DNA of 64,000 nucleotides from Octopus sinensis (lineage: Eukaryota): contig NC_043002.1 in NCBI RefSeq assembly GCF_006345805.1, positions 21,080,001 through 21,144,000 on the forward strand. The letters run 5' to 3'. Within the stretch, counting starts at the first letter, position 1. Every line of letters begins with the position of its first letter. The notes beneath the pieces were generated by a model. The model searched no databases. It was not told where the DNA came from and saw nothing but the letters and a program-made list of their open reading frames with translations. Positions 38,769 to 53,032 of this stretch are shown in pieces. The translations under genes were made by a program, and so were the position numbers.

Positions 38769-39974
38769 CATATACATACATGTATATATGTGTGTGTGTG
38801 TGCATATGTACGTGCTTGTAAAATGTCCTAGGCGCATGGATAACAAATCATTACATAACCACACGTCGCCCTTGTTAGTTTGCCACTCCCACACTTGCCT
38901 CTCTTTCTTATCTATTCATTTATTTATTTATTTATTCTTTCTCTGGTAGAGGGGGAATGGGGGAATGTGAAGGTGTCGGGGGGAGGGGTGAGGGTGACCA
39001 GGAAGCAATCGGCAGACATTTGGCAAGAATTATGCTGTTGCTAAAATTGTCACTTTTTCTGATAGGTTTTAAATGTCAGCTGGAGGATTTATACATCATG
39101 TGATAAACAAACCCAAACCTAAGTTCTTTTGAAATCAGTTCCGTGCTGACTTGTTTTAGTGTGTATATATATATATACGTATTTGCTTCTCACCACCCAT
39201 TTGTGAGTCCATAATAACACCAGCGCTTACTTCTATGGTGTCTTCTGTTGTATTACATTTATGAGAAATAAATCATCTCTTGGACAGAATATCTACCAGG
39301 CTATGGCAGGTGAGTTCGGCTTTAATATGTTTAATGTATAAATATGTGAAAAGGTAATTTAAAATACATTATAATGTGACAAAAAAACACGATAGTATTC
39401 AAAGTCTCATATAATTTTCAGGGAGTTTTTTGGTAAGGAGGGGAGACAACTCTGCACATGTTTTGTTTATTTTTTTGTTCTGATCTCTTTAGGGAAATAT
39501 TGTGTTTAAAAAATACTATGACAAAAACAAAAAAACGTATATGTACAAGATTAGTTTAGTAGGTTGTGAGATAAATTTGCTCACTTTTTTTCTCGGTACT
39601 CACATTTAATATGTCTGGAAAAAGGTAATATTTGTTCAAATTTTGAAAATAATAAATAAAAAACTAAAAAACTCATAAACACTACAATAAAAATATTTTT
39701 TTGTGATAATTTAAATCAGCTATATCTGGCCCAAATATTTTTCCTGTTTTATGTTCAAACTGGCCAGGTCCAGCTCCAGCCAATCACGCCTACTCTTACA
39801 ATGTAATTCTAAAAATAAACAATCATATCATTGAAATCTCAAAGCCATGAGGTAATGCATTATTAATTCAAAACAATAAGCATTAATAAGCATTACCTCT
39901 GACAGAGTAATCTGAAGGCTAACGAGCTAAATAACATTGAAGTGGGTTAAGATAAATGGTAACTGAAAACCCAA

Positions 39975-40190
39975 TATAATAATAATAATAAAAAACATTG
40001 TGTACAGTGCTCAGGTGCACGACAACTCATCTAAAGTGTATGTATAATCAGGTGTAGTTTCGTCGGATTTCGGAAAGCATGAGGGCCTTAAAGGATGCAG
40101 TGCCATGGCAGTCAACAACTGACGCAGGCAGTTTGTTCCATGCTTCAGCAACTCTGAGCGTGAAAAAATGTTTCCGATATGCTTGTTTAC
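39975..40190 (-). mobile_element. CR1-like LINE 3' end
   Basis: RKHFFTLRVAEAWNKLPASVV...FKALMLSEIRRNYT*, followed by an (ATT)n tail on the minus strand. Confidence 0.75.
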
Positions 40191-40809
40191 TTTGTAGCCA
40201 TAAAACTCTCAGATTTAATCCCACTGCATGACCCCATGTTTGAGTGTCTGTTATCATAGTTTCAAATTGCCCTAAACCTTACAAGGGAAATTGGGTGCCG
40301 AGAATCTGGACAGAAATGGGACAGAAACTGTGGAAGCCCTTCAGATGGATTATACCTGTATTCTTAATCCAAAGGTTGAGTTTTTGACACTGTCATATTG
40401 ATTTTGGTTGAGAATTACATTAAGGATAGACATATCTGTAGAATGTTCAGGTGTAGGGAAATAGAATTGTTTAATTATCAAATTATTCTAAAATTCTATT
40501 TTGAAGAATAGCTGTGGGTAATTTAGTGTTATCATATCTAATGTATATATTTCCATTTAACTTTTGTTGTTTGTTGCATTATACATGTTCCCATTGACTT
40601 GCCTAGTGTTTGCAGTTTTTTTAATGATGTCAAGCTGTATTGGCCCTTTGGCAAGTGAGAGACTCACTTGAATAGGCAACTGTTAGCTTTCCTCAAACAA
40701 TCTTACCCAGGTCTGCCTTTACCAACAGTGTCTCTGTTGATTGAAGGAGGAAGAGCAATATGCATGGTTTGTTCTTTCAAGGCCTCCTTGATTTGTGGAG
40801 GAAGGGCTT

Positions 40810-41192
40810 TATTATTCTTTAAGTGGAGATTTGGCCTTTTCAAACTCCACCCATCTAACACCCGTGGACATGTTTACAAAGTCAGAAAACAGCACAGCTC
40901 CCATGACTTTCGGAAACATTTTTTCACGCTGAGAGTTGCTGAAGCATGGAACAGACTGCCGGCATCAGTTGTTAGTTATCGGAGCACTACATCCTTCAAA
41001 ACTTTCATGCTTCCTCAGATTCGCCAACACTACACCTGATTTTCTCTCCTCCATACACACACAAGCATGTATCTGACTCATACACTGTTCGCTTTCCAGA
41101 CATTTGTATATTAATGCATATGCTTTACATGCACTTTTGACGAGTTGTGGTGCACCTGAGCACTGTATACAATAATTTCCTTATTATTATAA
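40810..41192 (+). mobile_element. CR1-like LINE 3' end, same family as 39975-40190 in the opposite orientation
   Basis: TRGHVYKVRKQHSSHDFRKHFFTLRVAEAWNRLPASVV...QHYT*, plus 3' UTR and (ATT)n tail. An upstream remnant CLQFFNDVKLY (about 40610-40640) may be the FADD motif. Confidence 0.75.
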
Positions 41193-41775
41193 TATTAGCA
41201 ATAGAGTGGACTCTGTGAAATGCCTCTGAGGGCCAGATGGTTAACAAACTAAGTTTGCCACCCAAAAACAAAAGTAGCCTGTCCAATTGACTTCAACCAC
41301 CAACACTACCAACAACATGCTTGCAAAATTTATTGTAATATATCATCAATGGCTGAATGCTCTTTCTGTTACTAATCTTCATCTGTTTCAAAGCAAAATG
41401 GATATTATTCTAATCCTTCAAACATTTCTTCATGGAAGATTGCAGTGATATTTGTTTAAAATTAGTATGCAATATCAAGCCATGTAGACAAAAACATACA
41501 TACACACACTCAACTCATACTCACACACTCACACATACATATATATGTATCTTTATATATCTATATATATATACGTTTCTACAAACACATGTATGCATGC
41601 ACACACACACACATAGAGTCACATACATGTATGCACACACACACACACACATCTAAGAGTACATTAAGAAATGAGGCATATGATAGATGCAGGCAATAAG
41701 TGTGCAAACTGGACCAGATAGCTAAAATCCAATGTTGACAGAAGGGAGATGAAGTCCTGGTAAATATTTACTTTC

Positions 41776-41807
<32 letters not shown>

Positions 41808-41945
41808 TTGTGTGTATATATATATATATATAAAATTTTTTTACAGAATGAGATTAAAAAATCAAGGCTGAGAAGATTTTAGAACATTTATAAATAGAAA
41901 CAATAATAAATCTCTGAACGAGGTATAAACAGTAACTGCACGACA

Positions 41946-42081
41946 ATGTGAGGTATACTTGCCATCTCAATATGACTAACCACTAAAGCTAGCCGGAGAT
42001 GATGTTCTCCTGGGGCTACAAGCTACAGTAACACCCACCCTTAGTGGTTAGCCATATTGAGATGGCAAGTATACCTCACAT
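41946..42081. repeat. Short inverted repeat, about 35-bp arms, MITE-like
   Basis: atgtgaggtatacttgccatctcaatatg.ctaaccactaa mirrored at 42044-42081; the core resembles 25005-25060. Confidence 0.75.
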
Positions 42082-42110
42082 ATAAATAAGGTCTTACAGC
42101 TATATATATA

Positions 42111-42560
42111 TACTAGCAGTATAGCCTGGTGTTGCTCGGGTTTGTTTTTTAGTTGCGCTTAAAACGGCAGACTTTGATGTCGCATTAACAAAGTTTTGAC
42201 ATAGTTTCAATCTTTTTTGAAAAGTAAAAATTTTGCGTTATGTAGCTTGTTATTCTCTTTTAGTGAACATTTTTCTGGTTGAAATACACCGAAAAATGGT
42301 GACACAGCAGTCAAAAAATCGTAAAAAATAGGGATTTTCATAGAAAAAAAGCACCTTTTTTATGTAAATAATTTTTAGTCTTAACATGGTCCGATTTTAA
42401 TTCTTTCTTCTACAGAATGAAGAGCAAGCCTTCTTTTATCATACTCTCAATTTTGGTCAACTTGCACTGCAGGGTCTCAAAGAAGATAGTGTTAGTTGAA
42501 GGCTACTAAACCTGCCACACATACACACACAGACAACTTCAGCCATGTATAGATATATAT
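42111..42560 (+). mobile_element. Second HINE-like element with the same 5' end and a different body
   Basis: tactagcagtatagcctggtgttgctcgggtttgt ... cacacagacaacttcagccatgtatagat. Confidence 0.5.
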
Positions 42561-44216
42561 ATATCATCAACATCATCACTGTCATATCATCACTTAACAT
42601 TCATGTTCCCTACTGGCATAGTTTCGATGGTTTCACAAGGATCTGATGAGTCCAAGGATTGCCTCATTCTCTAGTGTTTGTTTTGACATGATTTCTATCG
42701 CTGGATAACCTTCCTAACACCAACCACTTTACAGTGTGTATTGGATGCTTTTTTTTTTCCATAGCACCAGCACTACTGAGATCGCCATGCAGCTTGCAGA
42801 TCTATAAAATATGAGGAATATGTGGGGGAGTGCATCCTTATATTAGATAGATTTAATGTATGAGGACAGTGATTGGAGTAGGACAGGTTCTTGTAGAGGA
42901 GTTACATTGCTACTCATATTTTTAGAAGAGAGAGTGAGAATGACCACTATTTATTTCCATGCTGGTCTGAGATAGGGATGGGGTGGCCACTGAAACATGG
43001 ATGTAGAGAATATTAATGGATGAAGAATGGCTAACACACACACATGTACACACACACACAATTTATGTAATTCAACAGATTTATATACCATGCCATTTAT
43101 CTTTAAGCAATGGTTCAGGCTCTGTGCATATTGTTAGATGTATTTAAGAACCAGGATGTTGTTTTATGAGAAAACTCGAAAAAAAAGAAAAATGAGAAGC
43201 AAATTGTGAAAAAGGTTAATGCAAAAAGTGGAACAAGAAGAAAGAAAAATAAAAAAATGAAGATCTTTGACCCCTTTGTCTGTAGAAATAATAATTAATC
43301 TACCCATTGTAGAATAATAAAACAGAGTGGAGGCCAAAGTTTGTGAGATAGTTATTCAATTTGGAGTGGGTGGTGTCCTCTAGTTCAACAAAATGTCTCT
43401 GCATTTCCTAAAAATTTCAGATCTGGAATTAAATAGTGTGGTGGAATTCTTGCCCCTCAAAAGAATTTGTAATTTTCAGCTACGCATAACTTGCATCTAT
43501 TTGACCCTTTGACCCATTAAAATATGGCATAGATTTCTCCACAATTCTTCACTTGGTTGTATGTGGTGTGCTGTTTGATCATCAGCTCTTCATACTCAGC
43601 TACCTAACTTAGTGGCTGTATTTTTATCACTGTCGTGGAAAGAAAGCTGGTGGTTTGCATTGACATAATTTTTCTTCTCAATTACGTTTTCTTGGAACAC
43701 TGCTGTTAACTTCAGCTTTGTAAACAACAAGCCTGATAAATGGGCAAGTTTTGTTGTCTTGACAGTGACACCAGGGAGTGGGCTCTTGGTGTGACTTACA
43801 AGTGATATGTCCTTCATATAGGGGCAACAACCAAATGAAATTATTATCAAGGTGCCGGCATGGTAATGTGGTAAAAACTTGCTTCCTAACCACATGGTTT
43901 GGGGTTTAATCCCACTGTGTGGTACCTTGGACAAGTGTCTTCTACACTAGCCTTTTAGCCAACCAAAGTCTTGTGAGTAGATTTAGTACACAGAAACTAA
44001 AAGAAGCCTATCATATATATGTATGTATATATCTATATCTATGTGTGTGTGTCTTTGTGTCTGTGTTTGAAACAAGTAAAAAATAAAATTTATGTCTTAT
44101 TAAAAATTTTCCTGTATTTGTGGTTTGCTGGAAAATGCTTATATAATAATCCCAGGAATTTCTTGCCTATATTAGTTTTAAAATTTAAGGAGACAGGGAC
44201 TGGATGAACTATATTG

Positions 44217-44960
44217 TTTACCTATTTTGGGGCTTCATATTTTTAACTGAAGAGTTATATGATATCTTGTCTTTGCAGTTGCTCTTAGCTAGAGCATCAT
44301 TATAGTAGGGGACTGCGTTTTTAAATATTTTCTTTGAAGAAGTGAGCTTCTCATTCGATTTATGGCAGAGTTTATAAGAGTATCATTTGAGTCTAGGGAA
44401 ACATCTAAGAAATCAAATTTGGACAAATTAATAGATACAGTAATTCTGAGGCATAATTGACTAAAGGTGTATATGAATTTTTACTTAAATTTATTGAGTG
44501 TATGTCCATCACAGTTATGAGATATGCCCAAACCACCATCATGCTTAGATCTCAAGGTATCCAATATATGGAGAGCTACGAGATCATTGATGTCTGCAGT
44601 CTCATTGATAGCATTGATAGCATTTATATTTCAAACAGTTCATCCTTATCAGATTTTCTAACCCATGTAGAGCCTTTGCTAAATAGAAGTCCAGAGTTAT
44701 GTAGTCAATATTGGTATATCTTTTTGTGAACTCAATCAGCATATTCAACAATGATCTCAGTATCAAAGGCTAAAAATCTACAAATCTAGTTCTATGCTTA
44801 TCCTTTAAATTCCTAAACAATCTATGACTGTGTTGCTATTTGCCCATTGTTGTAGTTTAATAGTCTCTCTAATTCTGATAAAAATATTCCTTCATATTTT
44901 ATAAGCTACTAAAGTTATTTCAGTTCTTGCTGGGTTTAAGAGGCTACAATTGGGTTTATT
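44217..44960 (-). mobile_element. Decayed Penelope-like element reverse transcriptase and thumb fragment
   Basis: Frameshifted minus-strand translation gives NKPNCSLLNPARTEI, IRIRETIKLQQWANSNTVID, FRNLKDKHRTRFVDF, LLFSKGSTWVRKSDKDELF, LRITVSINLSKFDFLDVSLD and KKIFKNAVPYYNDALAKS. These blocks resemble PLE RT regions; the catalytic motifs are eroded. Confidence 0.75.
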
Positions 44961-45000
44961 ACTGGAACTGGTATTACTGGAACTGGTAATACTATATATA

Positions 45001-45237
45001 TCAGGTTGGTGCATTATTATTGCAGCCTTTGTTTCAATAAATTTTATTCAACAAAAACAATAAAAACATTTTAAAATGATTGTTCCCAAGCATATTCACC
45101 ATCTACTTCAATTACTGCTTTCCATTTACTTGGCAGCTGATCGGAATAATCATTTAAAAATGTTTTTGTTAAATGTTATTGTTTTTGTTGAATGAAGTTT
45201 ATTGAAAAAAAGCTGCAATAATTATGCACCAGCCTAA
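45001..45237. mobile_element. Mariner-derived fold-back MITE
   Basis: TIRs tcaggttggtgcattattattgcagc and gctgcaataattatgcaccagcctaa, TA on the left, long internal inverted arms; the centre encodes LPSKWKAVIEVDGEY on the minus strand. Confidence 0.8.
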
Positions 45238-46634
45238 TGCACACACACACATACACACACATATCTACATACATATATACATACATACATATATATACAT
45301 ACACACATATATATATACATACATACATATATAAATATAAGGTTGTTAGCTTTACTTGGTTTTATAAAGGAGTAAGTTCTTTTGAACTTACTCATTTTTA
45401 TTTATTATTTCTTTGTGCTTTATTACATGCAATTGTCTATAATTTTGACATCAACTAACACTTATACATACACACATGTATGTATGTATGTATGTATGTA
45501 TGTATGTATGTATGTATGTATGTATGTATGTATGTATGTATACCTCTCTCACTCCCTCTCTCTCCCTCCCTCTCCTCTCTGCCTGGTCAGATTGAGCCTG
45601 GTGCAGCTTCTGGCTCACCAGTCCTCAGTTAAACCATCCAGCCCATGCCAGCATGGAAAGCGGATGTAAAACAATGATGATGATGATAATATATGGTGGA
45701 CTCTCCTTCAACAATTATGAAGTTCGCCAAACAACCTGCACAAATGAGCTGTCTATATTGATCAAATGTTTGTGCTGCTCATAAGCTCATTCTCTCCATC
45801 AAATCGATGTTGTCTGCACTGTGTGCCATGCATCAGATGTCAAAGTGATTGCAGAGCAGTCATGAGTCCAACACAATCTCGCAATCATGTGTCCAACACC
45901 CTAACAACTAGGCCATGCACACACACACACACACATACAAACTTATGTACGTGATTGCATATGAATACATAATGATAGATTTCAATAAAAGGTGGGTGAA
46001 TGTAGCAAAGATGGTACGAGCGAATGATGAAACCCCTTTGAGCATAATCCTGTAAATCTAAAAGAGAAAGAGAGAGAGAGAGAGAGATAGAGAGATTTGC
46101 TCTCATGTGTTTCTTTACGAGCCTGAGGTTACCATGGTCTTTTTCGTAGGCTTTTCTTTCCACGGATAAACCTAATCTGTTTTGCATTTTTACTCCCCCT
46201 TATTTTGCTGTTTACATGTCCCAAACACTTTCGATCCCTTTCCATCATGTTTTTTTTTTTGTTTTCTTTCTCTCTTTCGAAAAGTAAAAGTTCTACATTG
46301 TATTGTCCCCTCTGTGTTTGGCCGTGTGTCTAATAAATAGTCAGAACAATGAAGGTGTGTTTTCTTTAATACTGTATACAGATATGAAGTATGGATTGTC
46401 CTCAGGAAATACTGAGTCCTTTTATCATTTTTGTGTGTGTGTGTTGTTCTCTAGCACTAAACAGTGTTTCTTATGCTTGACAATGACCAACACACATATG
46501 GACAAAAAAAAAAGTAAAAACACAAGATAAAAAGATTTAAGCGGTATTTTATCTCGTTTCCTTGGGAAAATTCTGACATATATATCTGTGTGTGTGTGTC
46601 TGTATATGTGTGAGTGTGTGTGCGTGTGTGTGTG

Positions 46635-46671
<37 letters not shown>

Positions 46672-46906
46672 GTGTGTGTGTGTGTACACATACAAAGGAA
46701 GGAAAAATATCTCCATTATCTGAAGTTAATTATTCTATCATTATTAATATATTTCACTGTACACTATTATGATCATTTCTTCATGTGAGTGTGTGTGTGT
46801 TGTGTGTGTGTGTGTATGTGTGTGTGTGTGAGAGTGCATATGAGTGTGTGTGTATGTGTACATACACGGTGTATATACATATACATATGTATATATATAT
46901 ATATAT

Positions 46907-47303
46907 AGGCGCAGGAGTGGCTGTGTGGTAAGTAGCTTGTTAACCAACCACATGGTTCCGGGTTCAATCCCACTGCGTCTTCTGCTATAGCCCCGGGTCG
47001 ACCAATGCCTTGTGAGTAGATTTGATAGACGGAACCTGAAAGAAGCCTGTCGTATATATGTACACATATATGTGTGTGTGTATATGTTTGTGTGTCTGTG
47101 TTTGTCCCCCTAGCATTGCTTGACAACCGATGCTGGTGTGTTTACGTCCCCGTCACTTAGCGGTTCGGCAAAAGAGACCGGTAGAATAAGTACTGGGCTT
47201 ACAAAGAATAAGTCCCGGGGTCAATTTGCTCGACTAAAGGCAGTGCTCCAGCATGGCCGCAGTCAAATGACTGAAACAAGTAAAAGAGTAAAGAGTAAAG
47301 AGT
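46907..47303 (+). mobile_element. SINE family A, young copy
   Basis: CpG-rich match to the family, with a short deletion in the CORE-like block. Confidence 0.9.
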
Positions 47304-47756
47304 ATATATATATATATATGTATCATCATCATCGTTTAACATCCATTTTCTATGCTAGCATGGGTTGGACGATTTGACTGATGTCTGGCGAACCAGATGG
47401 GTGTACCAGGCTCCAATCTGATCTGGCAGAGTTTCTACAGTTGGATGCCCTTCCTAACACCAACCACTCCAAGAGTGTAGTGGGTGCTTTTACGTGCCAG
47501 CGGCACGTGGGCCAGTTAGGCGATACTGGCAATGGCCATGCTCAAGTGGTGTTTTCTATGTGCCATCTGCACAGAAGCCAGTCTAGTGACACTGGCAATG
47601 ACCTCGCTTGAATGTTTTTCACATGTCATCAGCACAAGTGCCAGTAAGGTGACGCTGGTAATGATCACGTTTGAATGGTGCTTTTTACATGCCACTGGTA
47701 CATATATATATTATATATATTATATATATATACATATATATTAATATGTATACATA

Positions 47757-47814
<58 letters not shown>

Positions 47815-48057
47815 CATACATACACATATATACATATGCATATACTTGCATATACACACACAGATATATATACACACACACACAGAGATATATATATATA
47901 TATATCAAATGCATATGCATATATATATATATATATATATATTTCAGATATATATATGTATACATCATATATACATATATATATGAATACATACATGCGT
48001 GCATACATACATACATACATGCATACACACATGCACACATGCACACACACACACACA

Positions 48058-48088
<31 letters not shown>

Positions 48089-48611
48089 CACACCAGACAC
48101 TGATGCTCGGCTCTGATCACAGGAAAGACATCTAAATGTGTGGCTGGAGAGATGAGATGTAACTTTTCCTGTACGTCTCTTTTCTTGTTATTTTTTCCCA
48201 TAAGTGGTGGGCATATTTATTTCCATTATCTTCAATCTCCAACAACAGCGGGACTAGCATGGTGGGTATCAGATAGCAATGACTTAAACACTTCAAGGGA
48301 TGCTGTGAGCCATCTTTAAAGTGGTCTTCACCTCCTTGTCTTTGAACTGCTATTTTCGTCTTCCTGTTTCTCATGCACACATGTGTGCATGCATGCTTGT
48401 TCATACATATATGTGCATATATATGTTGATATTTAAAAACATATCTCTATGTATATGAGTGTATAGAATTCATAGGCAAAATGGTAATACCATATATAGA
48501 TAGACTGATACATGAGCACTCAATTCAATGTGTGCAGAAACAGCTGTAAATTCATGACGTAATTTCTTATTCCCTTGTTGTTTAATTAATTTCTCATATA
48601 TGTATATGTAT

Positions 48612-49026
48612 TTGGCTGTGTGGTAAGTAGCTTGCTAACCAAACACATGGTTCCGGGTTCAGTCCCACTGCGTGGCACCTTGGGCAAGTGTCTTCTGCTA
48701 TAGCCCCGGGCCGACCAATGCCTTGTGAGTGGATTTGGTAGACAGAAACTGAAAGAAGCATGTCGTATATATGTATGTGTATATATATATGTATGTGTGT
48801 GTGTGTTTGTGTGTCTGTGTTTGTTCCCCTAGCATTGCTTGACAACCGATGCTGGTGTGTTTAAGGTCCCCGTAACTTAGCGGTTCGGCAAAAGAGACCG
48901 ATAGAATAAGTACTGGGCTTACAAAAGAATAAGTCCCGGGGTCGAGTTGCTCGACTAAAGGCGGTGCTCCAGCATGGCCGCAGTCAAATGACTGAAACAA
49001 GTAAAAGAGTAAAAGAGTAAAGAGTA
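48612..49026 (+). mobile_element. SINE family A
   Basis: Near full-length match with (GAGTAAAA)n tail. Confidence 0.9.
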
Positions 49027-49028
49027 TA

Positions 49029-49067
<39 letters not shown>

Positions 49068-49144
49068 ATATGAATATGTGTGTGTATGCATGTGGTGTTT
49101 GTGTGTATTTATGTATATATTCTTATTTGTGTGCTTGTATGTAT

Positions 49145-49563
49145 TTACTCTTTTACTTTTACTCTTTTACTTGATTCAGTCATTTGACTGTGGCCATGCT
49201 GGAGCACTGCCTTTAGTCAAGTAAATCGACCTCATGTCTTATTCTTTGTAAGCCTAGTACTTATTCTATCAGTCACTTTTGCTGAACCGCTAAGTTACGG
49301 AGACGTAAACACACAAGCATTGGTTGTCAAGCAATGTTAGGGGGGACAAACACAGACACATAAAAAAATACACACACATACATATATATATATATACATA
49401 TATACGACGGGCTTCTTTCAGTTTCCATCTACCAAATCCACTCACAAGGCTTTAGTCAGTCTGAGGCTATAATAGAAGACACTTGCCCAAGGTGCCACAC
49501 AGTGGGACTGAAACCGAAACCATGTGGTTGGTAAGCAAGCTAGTTACCACACAGCCACTCCTA
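49145..49563 (-). mobile_element. SINE family A, inverted relative to 48612-49026
   Basis: Reverse-complement match with the tail at 49145. Confidence 0.9.
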
Positions 49564-50579
49564 CACCTAAACACTTTCATATGAATATATGAACACACAC
49601 ACAAAAAATATATATAAGTCTGTGTGTGTGTGTGTGTGTATGTTGAAGCTATATTCATCTGTTATGAGTTCATGAGCAAAGTCCTATACTATGATCATAT
49701 ATTTCAGTATTAACCATCTTATATTTTTATTTTCAGTTAAAATACAACTAGAAATGTATTTCTAATTGTCTTTCCTCATATAAATCAGTAAGTATGATAT
49801 GAGGGAGAATTAGTTGTTACTTCTAGCAGGTCAAGCAAAGTAACTTGCTCATGTAATAACAATGGTGAGATTTGTACTCAAAATGCTGATTGTGAAAGTG
49901 AATTCTCTAAAATAGTTGAAAATCCATTTTTTCTTAATTTACCCACCTAGTCTAGTCTAGCCTAGTGGTGGTCTGCCCTTGGGCAGGTCTTGTATATGTG
50001 AACCTTCTCCAGCATTTTTTGTTTGACCTGGCAGGTTCTATACCCTTCCTGCCACTGTTAAGTAGATTACTGGAACTGGCTCCCATGACTAGAAATTGGA
50101 TATATACTGGAGTGGTTTCCTGTTGCGTTCCCCAGTCAGATAGTTGCTACTGCCATTTCAGCCACTGGTCAATTCATTAATTTTATTTGAACACATAAGA
50201 CAGCTATTATGCTTACTCCCCACAAAAAACCACCATGTAGATTCTGTTGAGACCAGTAAGAAACAATTATGAACTTTTTTATTACACTTAATTTTTAAAA
50301 ATATTTTTGATAAGGTTCGTTTTTTGAAGAACCGAAACATGTAAAGTTTCTAAGAAAATTAAAATTTATCTTATATAGTGGCGTTTTCAAACTTCCTTTT
50401 TACAAATATATATAGGCACAGGAGTGGCTGTGTGGTGAGTAGCTTGCTTATGAACCCCATGGTTCCAGGTTCAATTCCATTGCGTGGCACCTTGGGCACA
50501 AGTGTCTTCTACTATAGTCTCAGGCCGACGAAAGCCTTGTGTGTAGATTTGGTAGATGGAAACTGAAAGAAGCCCATCG

Positions 50580-50619
<40 letters not shown>

Positions 50620-50879
50620 TGTGTGTCTGTGTTTGCCCCCCCCCCCACCATCGCTTGACAACCGATGGTGGTGTGTTCATGGCCCCATAACTTAGCAGTT
50701 CGGCAAAAGAGACGATAGAATAAGTACTAGGCTTACAAAGAATAAGTACTGGGCTTGATTTGTTCGACTAAAGGCGGTGCTCCAGCATGGCCACAGTCAA
50801 ATGACTGAAACAAATAAATGAAAGAAAAGAATAAAAAAAGAGAAGAAAAATATATTCTATAATATATATAATATACAAG

Positions 50880-51225
50880 TATATATGCATACATACACAT
50901 ATATATGTACATACATATATTTGTATATACATGCATATATGGGCACAGGACACCACAGAACGTAAAAAATTTTAAATAAACTTTTAAAATACAAAAACAA
51001 CATGTAATACGAAATACGACAACATGGAATACGAGCTTGTTTTCCGTTTGTTTCTTTCGTTGTTCGCAAAAAAGTTTGTGTTCCTTGTTGTATTTCCTAT
51101 TTCATGTTGTTTTCGTATTTTATGTTTATTTTATGTTGTTTACCTTCCATGGTGTCCTGTGCCCATATATGCATGTATATACAAATAAATGTATGTACAT
51201 ATATATGTGTATGCATGCATATATA
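50880..51225. repeat. Inverted repeat with about 75-bp well-matched outer arms and a degenerate inner part
   Basis: tttgtatatacatgcatatatgggcacaggacacca mirrored by tggtgtcctgtgcccatatatgcatgtatatacaaa. Confidence 0.8.
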
Positions 51226-51290
51226 TTATATATTATTCATATTATTATACAATTGAACGCCACACATCCATTTCCAAGTAAGTTTTATTG

Positions 51291-51361
<71 letters not shown>

Positions 51362-51591
51362 CATATATATATTCTAGTAATAATTATAATGATGTAGAAC
51401 ATGGAGATTTGTTCATCCTCAAAATTATTTCCTCTTATCTTACAATTTTATACAACATGTTCTTATGGTCTTTATGACCTACATGTGTTTTCACTGCACA
51501 GGTTATGGGCAGTTGTAGATGCAGCCTGGGTCGACTTTCAGTGCAGGTTCTTTGTATATACACATATAAATAAATAAATAAATATATATAT

Positions 51592-51636
<45 letters not shown>

Positions 51637-52101
51637 TATATATGTATATGGTCCAAATCAGAGGTGCAATTTATGTGGATGTCTTTTCAGAACTTTGTCT
51701 GGTTTAAAAAGCCACATCAGAAGCCATGTTGGTGCTAAGGTGTAGGTACAGGAGGTGGTCAAACTCTGTAAAAGTAGACAACCACCATATACACACACAC
51801 ATACACACACACACACACAACACACACACATACACACAGACTCACACAGTTGTATACACTCGTATCTATGTATTTTCCGTCTGGCAACTACTTAAATACT
51901 CTCTTGTCATGTACTTGAAATAAATGGAAATTCCTGATAAACTGTAATTGATGGTGGACGTGATTGCACAAGTTCATACTTAAGCGTCATCAGTCAGTAA
52001 ATGGGATGCCCTCTTAACCTTTCGAGGCTATGTTCAGTAGATGTTTCAAGTCCAGAAGATTAACAGAGGAATATACTCTTAATGGTTTCAATGTATGTGT
52101 G

Positions 52102-52224
<123 letters not shown>

Positions 52225-52984
52225 AATACGTACATATATATACATACATACATACATATGCATACATATATTCAAACATACATACATGCACATTCACACA
52301 CATATACACATATACAGATATATATATATGGGTGTGTAAACATATGTGTGTATATATATATCTGTATATATAAAAGGCAGGATGTGTGTGTACATGAATG
52401 TAGTTTATGCACATCCACAAATTAGCAAGCATGTTGCTCAAATTTTAGGAGGACATTCATCACAATCATAGCTGTATTATCATCAAATTATTTTCCCCCG
52501 AGGCACCAGCAAATAGTGGTAAAAATGATTTTGAACCATAACTTAACAATTTTCACAGTGGAGAAATCAACCATTGTATACAAACATGAGTTAAGTCCCC
52601 TTCTAGTGACGGTGTAAAGAGAGGGAGAAGGAAGAGAGAGAGATAACAGATTTTTAAAATTTCGTCTTTTTAGTGAGTGATTGACAGGCAAAAACAGAGA
52701 GAGAGGGGTTGTTATGTATGTATGAATAGCTTCAGTCTCACACACACACACACACAAACATGTATGCATACAAAACACATGTATGCAATGTGTGAGTGTG
52801 TGTGTGTGTGTGTGTGTTGCCCATATATATACACCTTATAAACGATATTCCCCATTTCTCCTGACACAACTTGGTGCAACCCTAAAAATCTGCTATTGCC
52901 AGTTGGCCTCATTAGGCTGTAGCTGGCATAATGGAATAGGTACTTTTATATGCATATTCAAAAAATCCCAAAAACCAATTTAAA

Positions 52985-53032
<48 letters not shown>

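Noticed and set aside
44457-44729. 90-aa plus ORF as a host exon
   Set aside because: Antisense to the Penelope-like RT relic.
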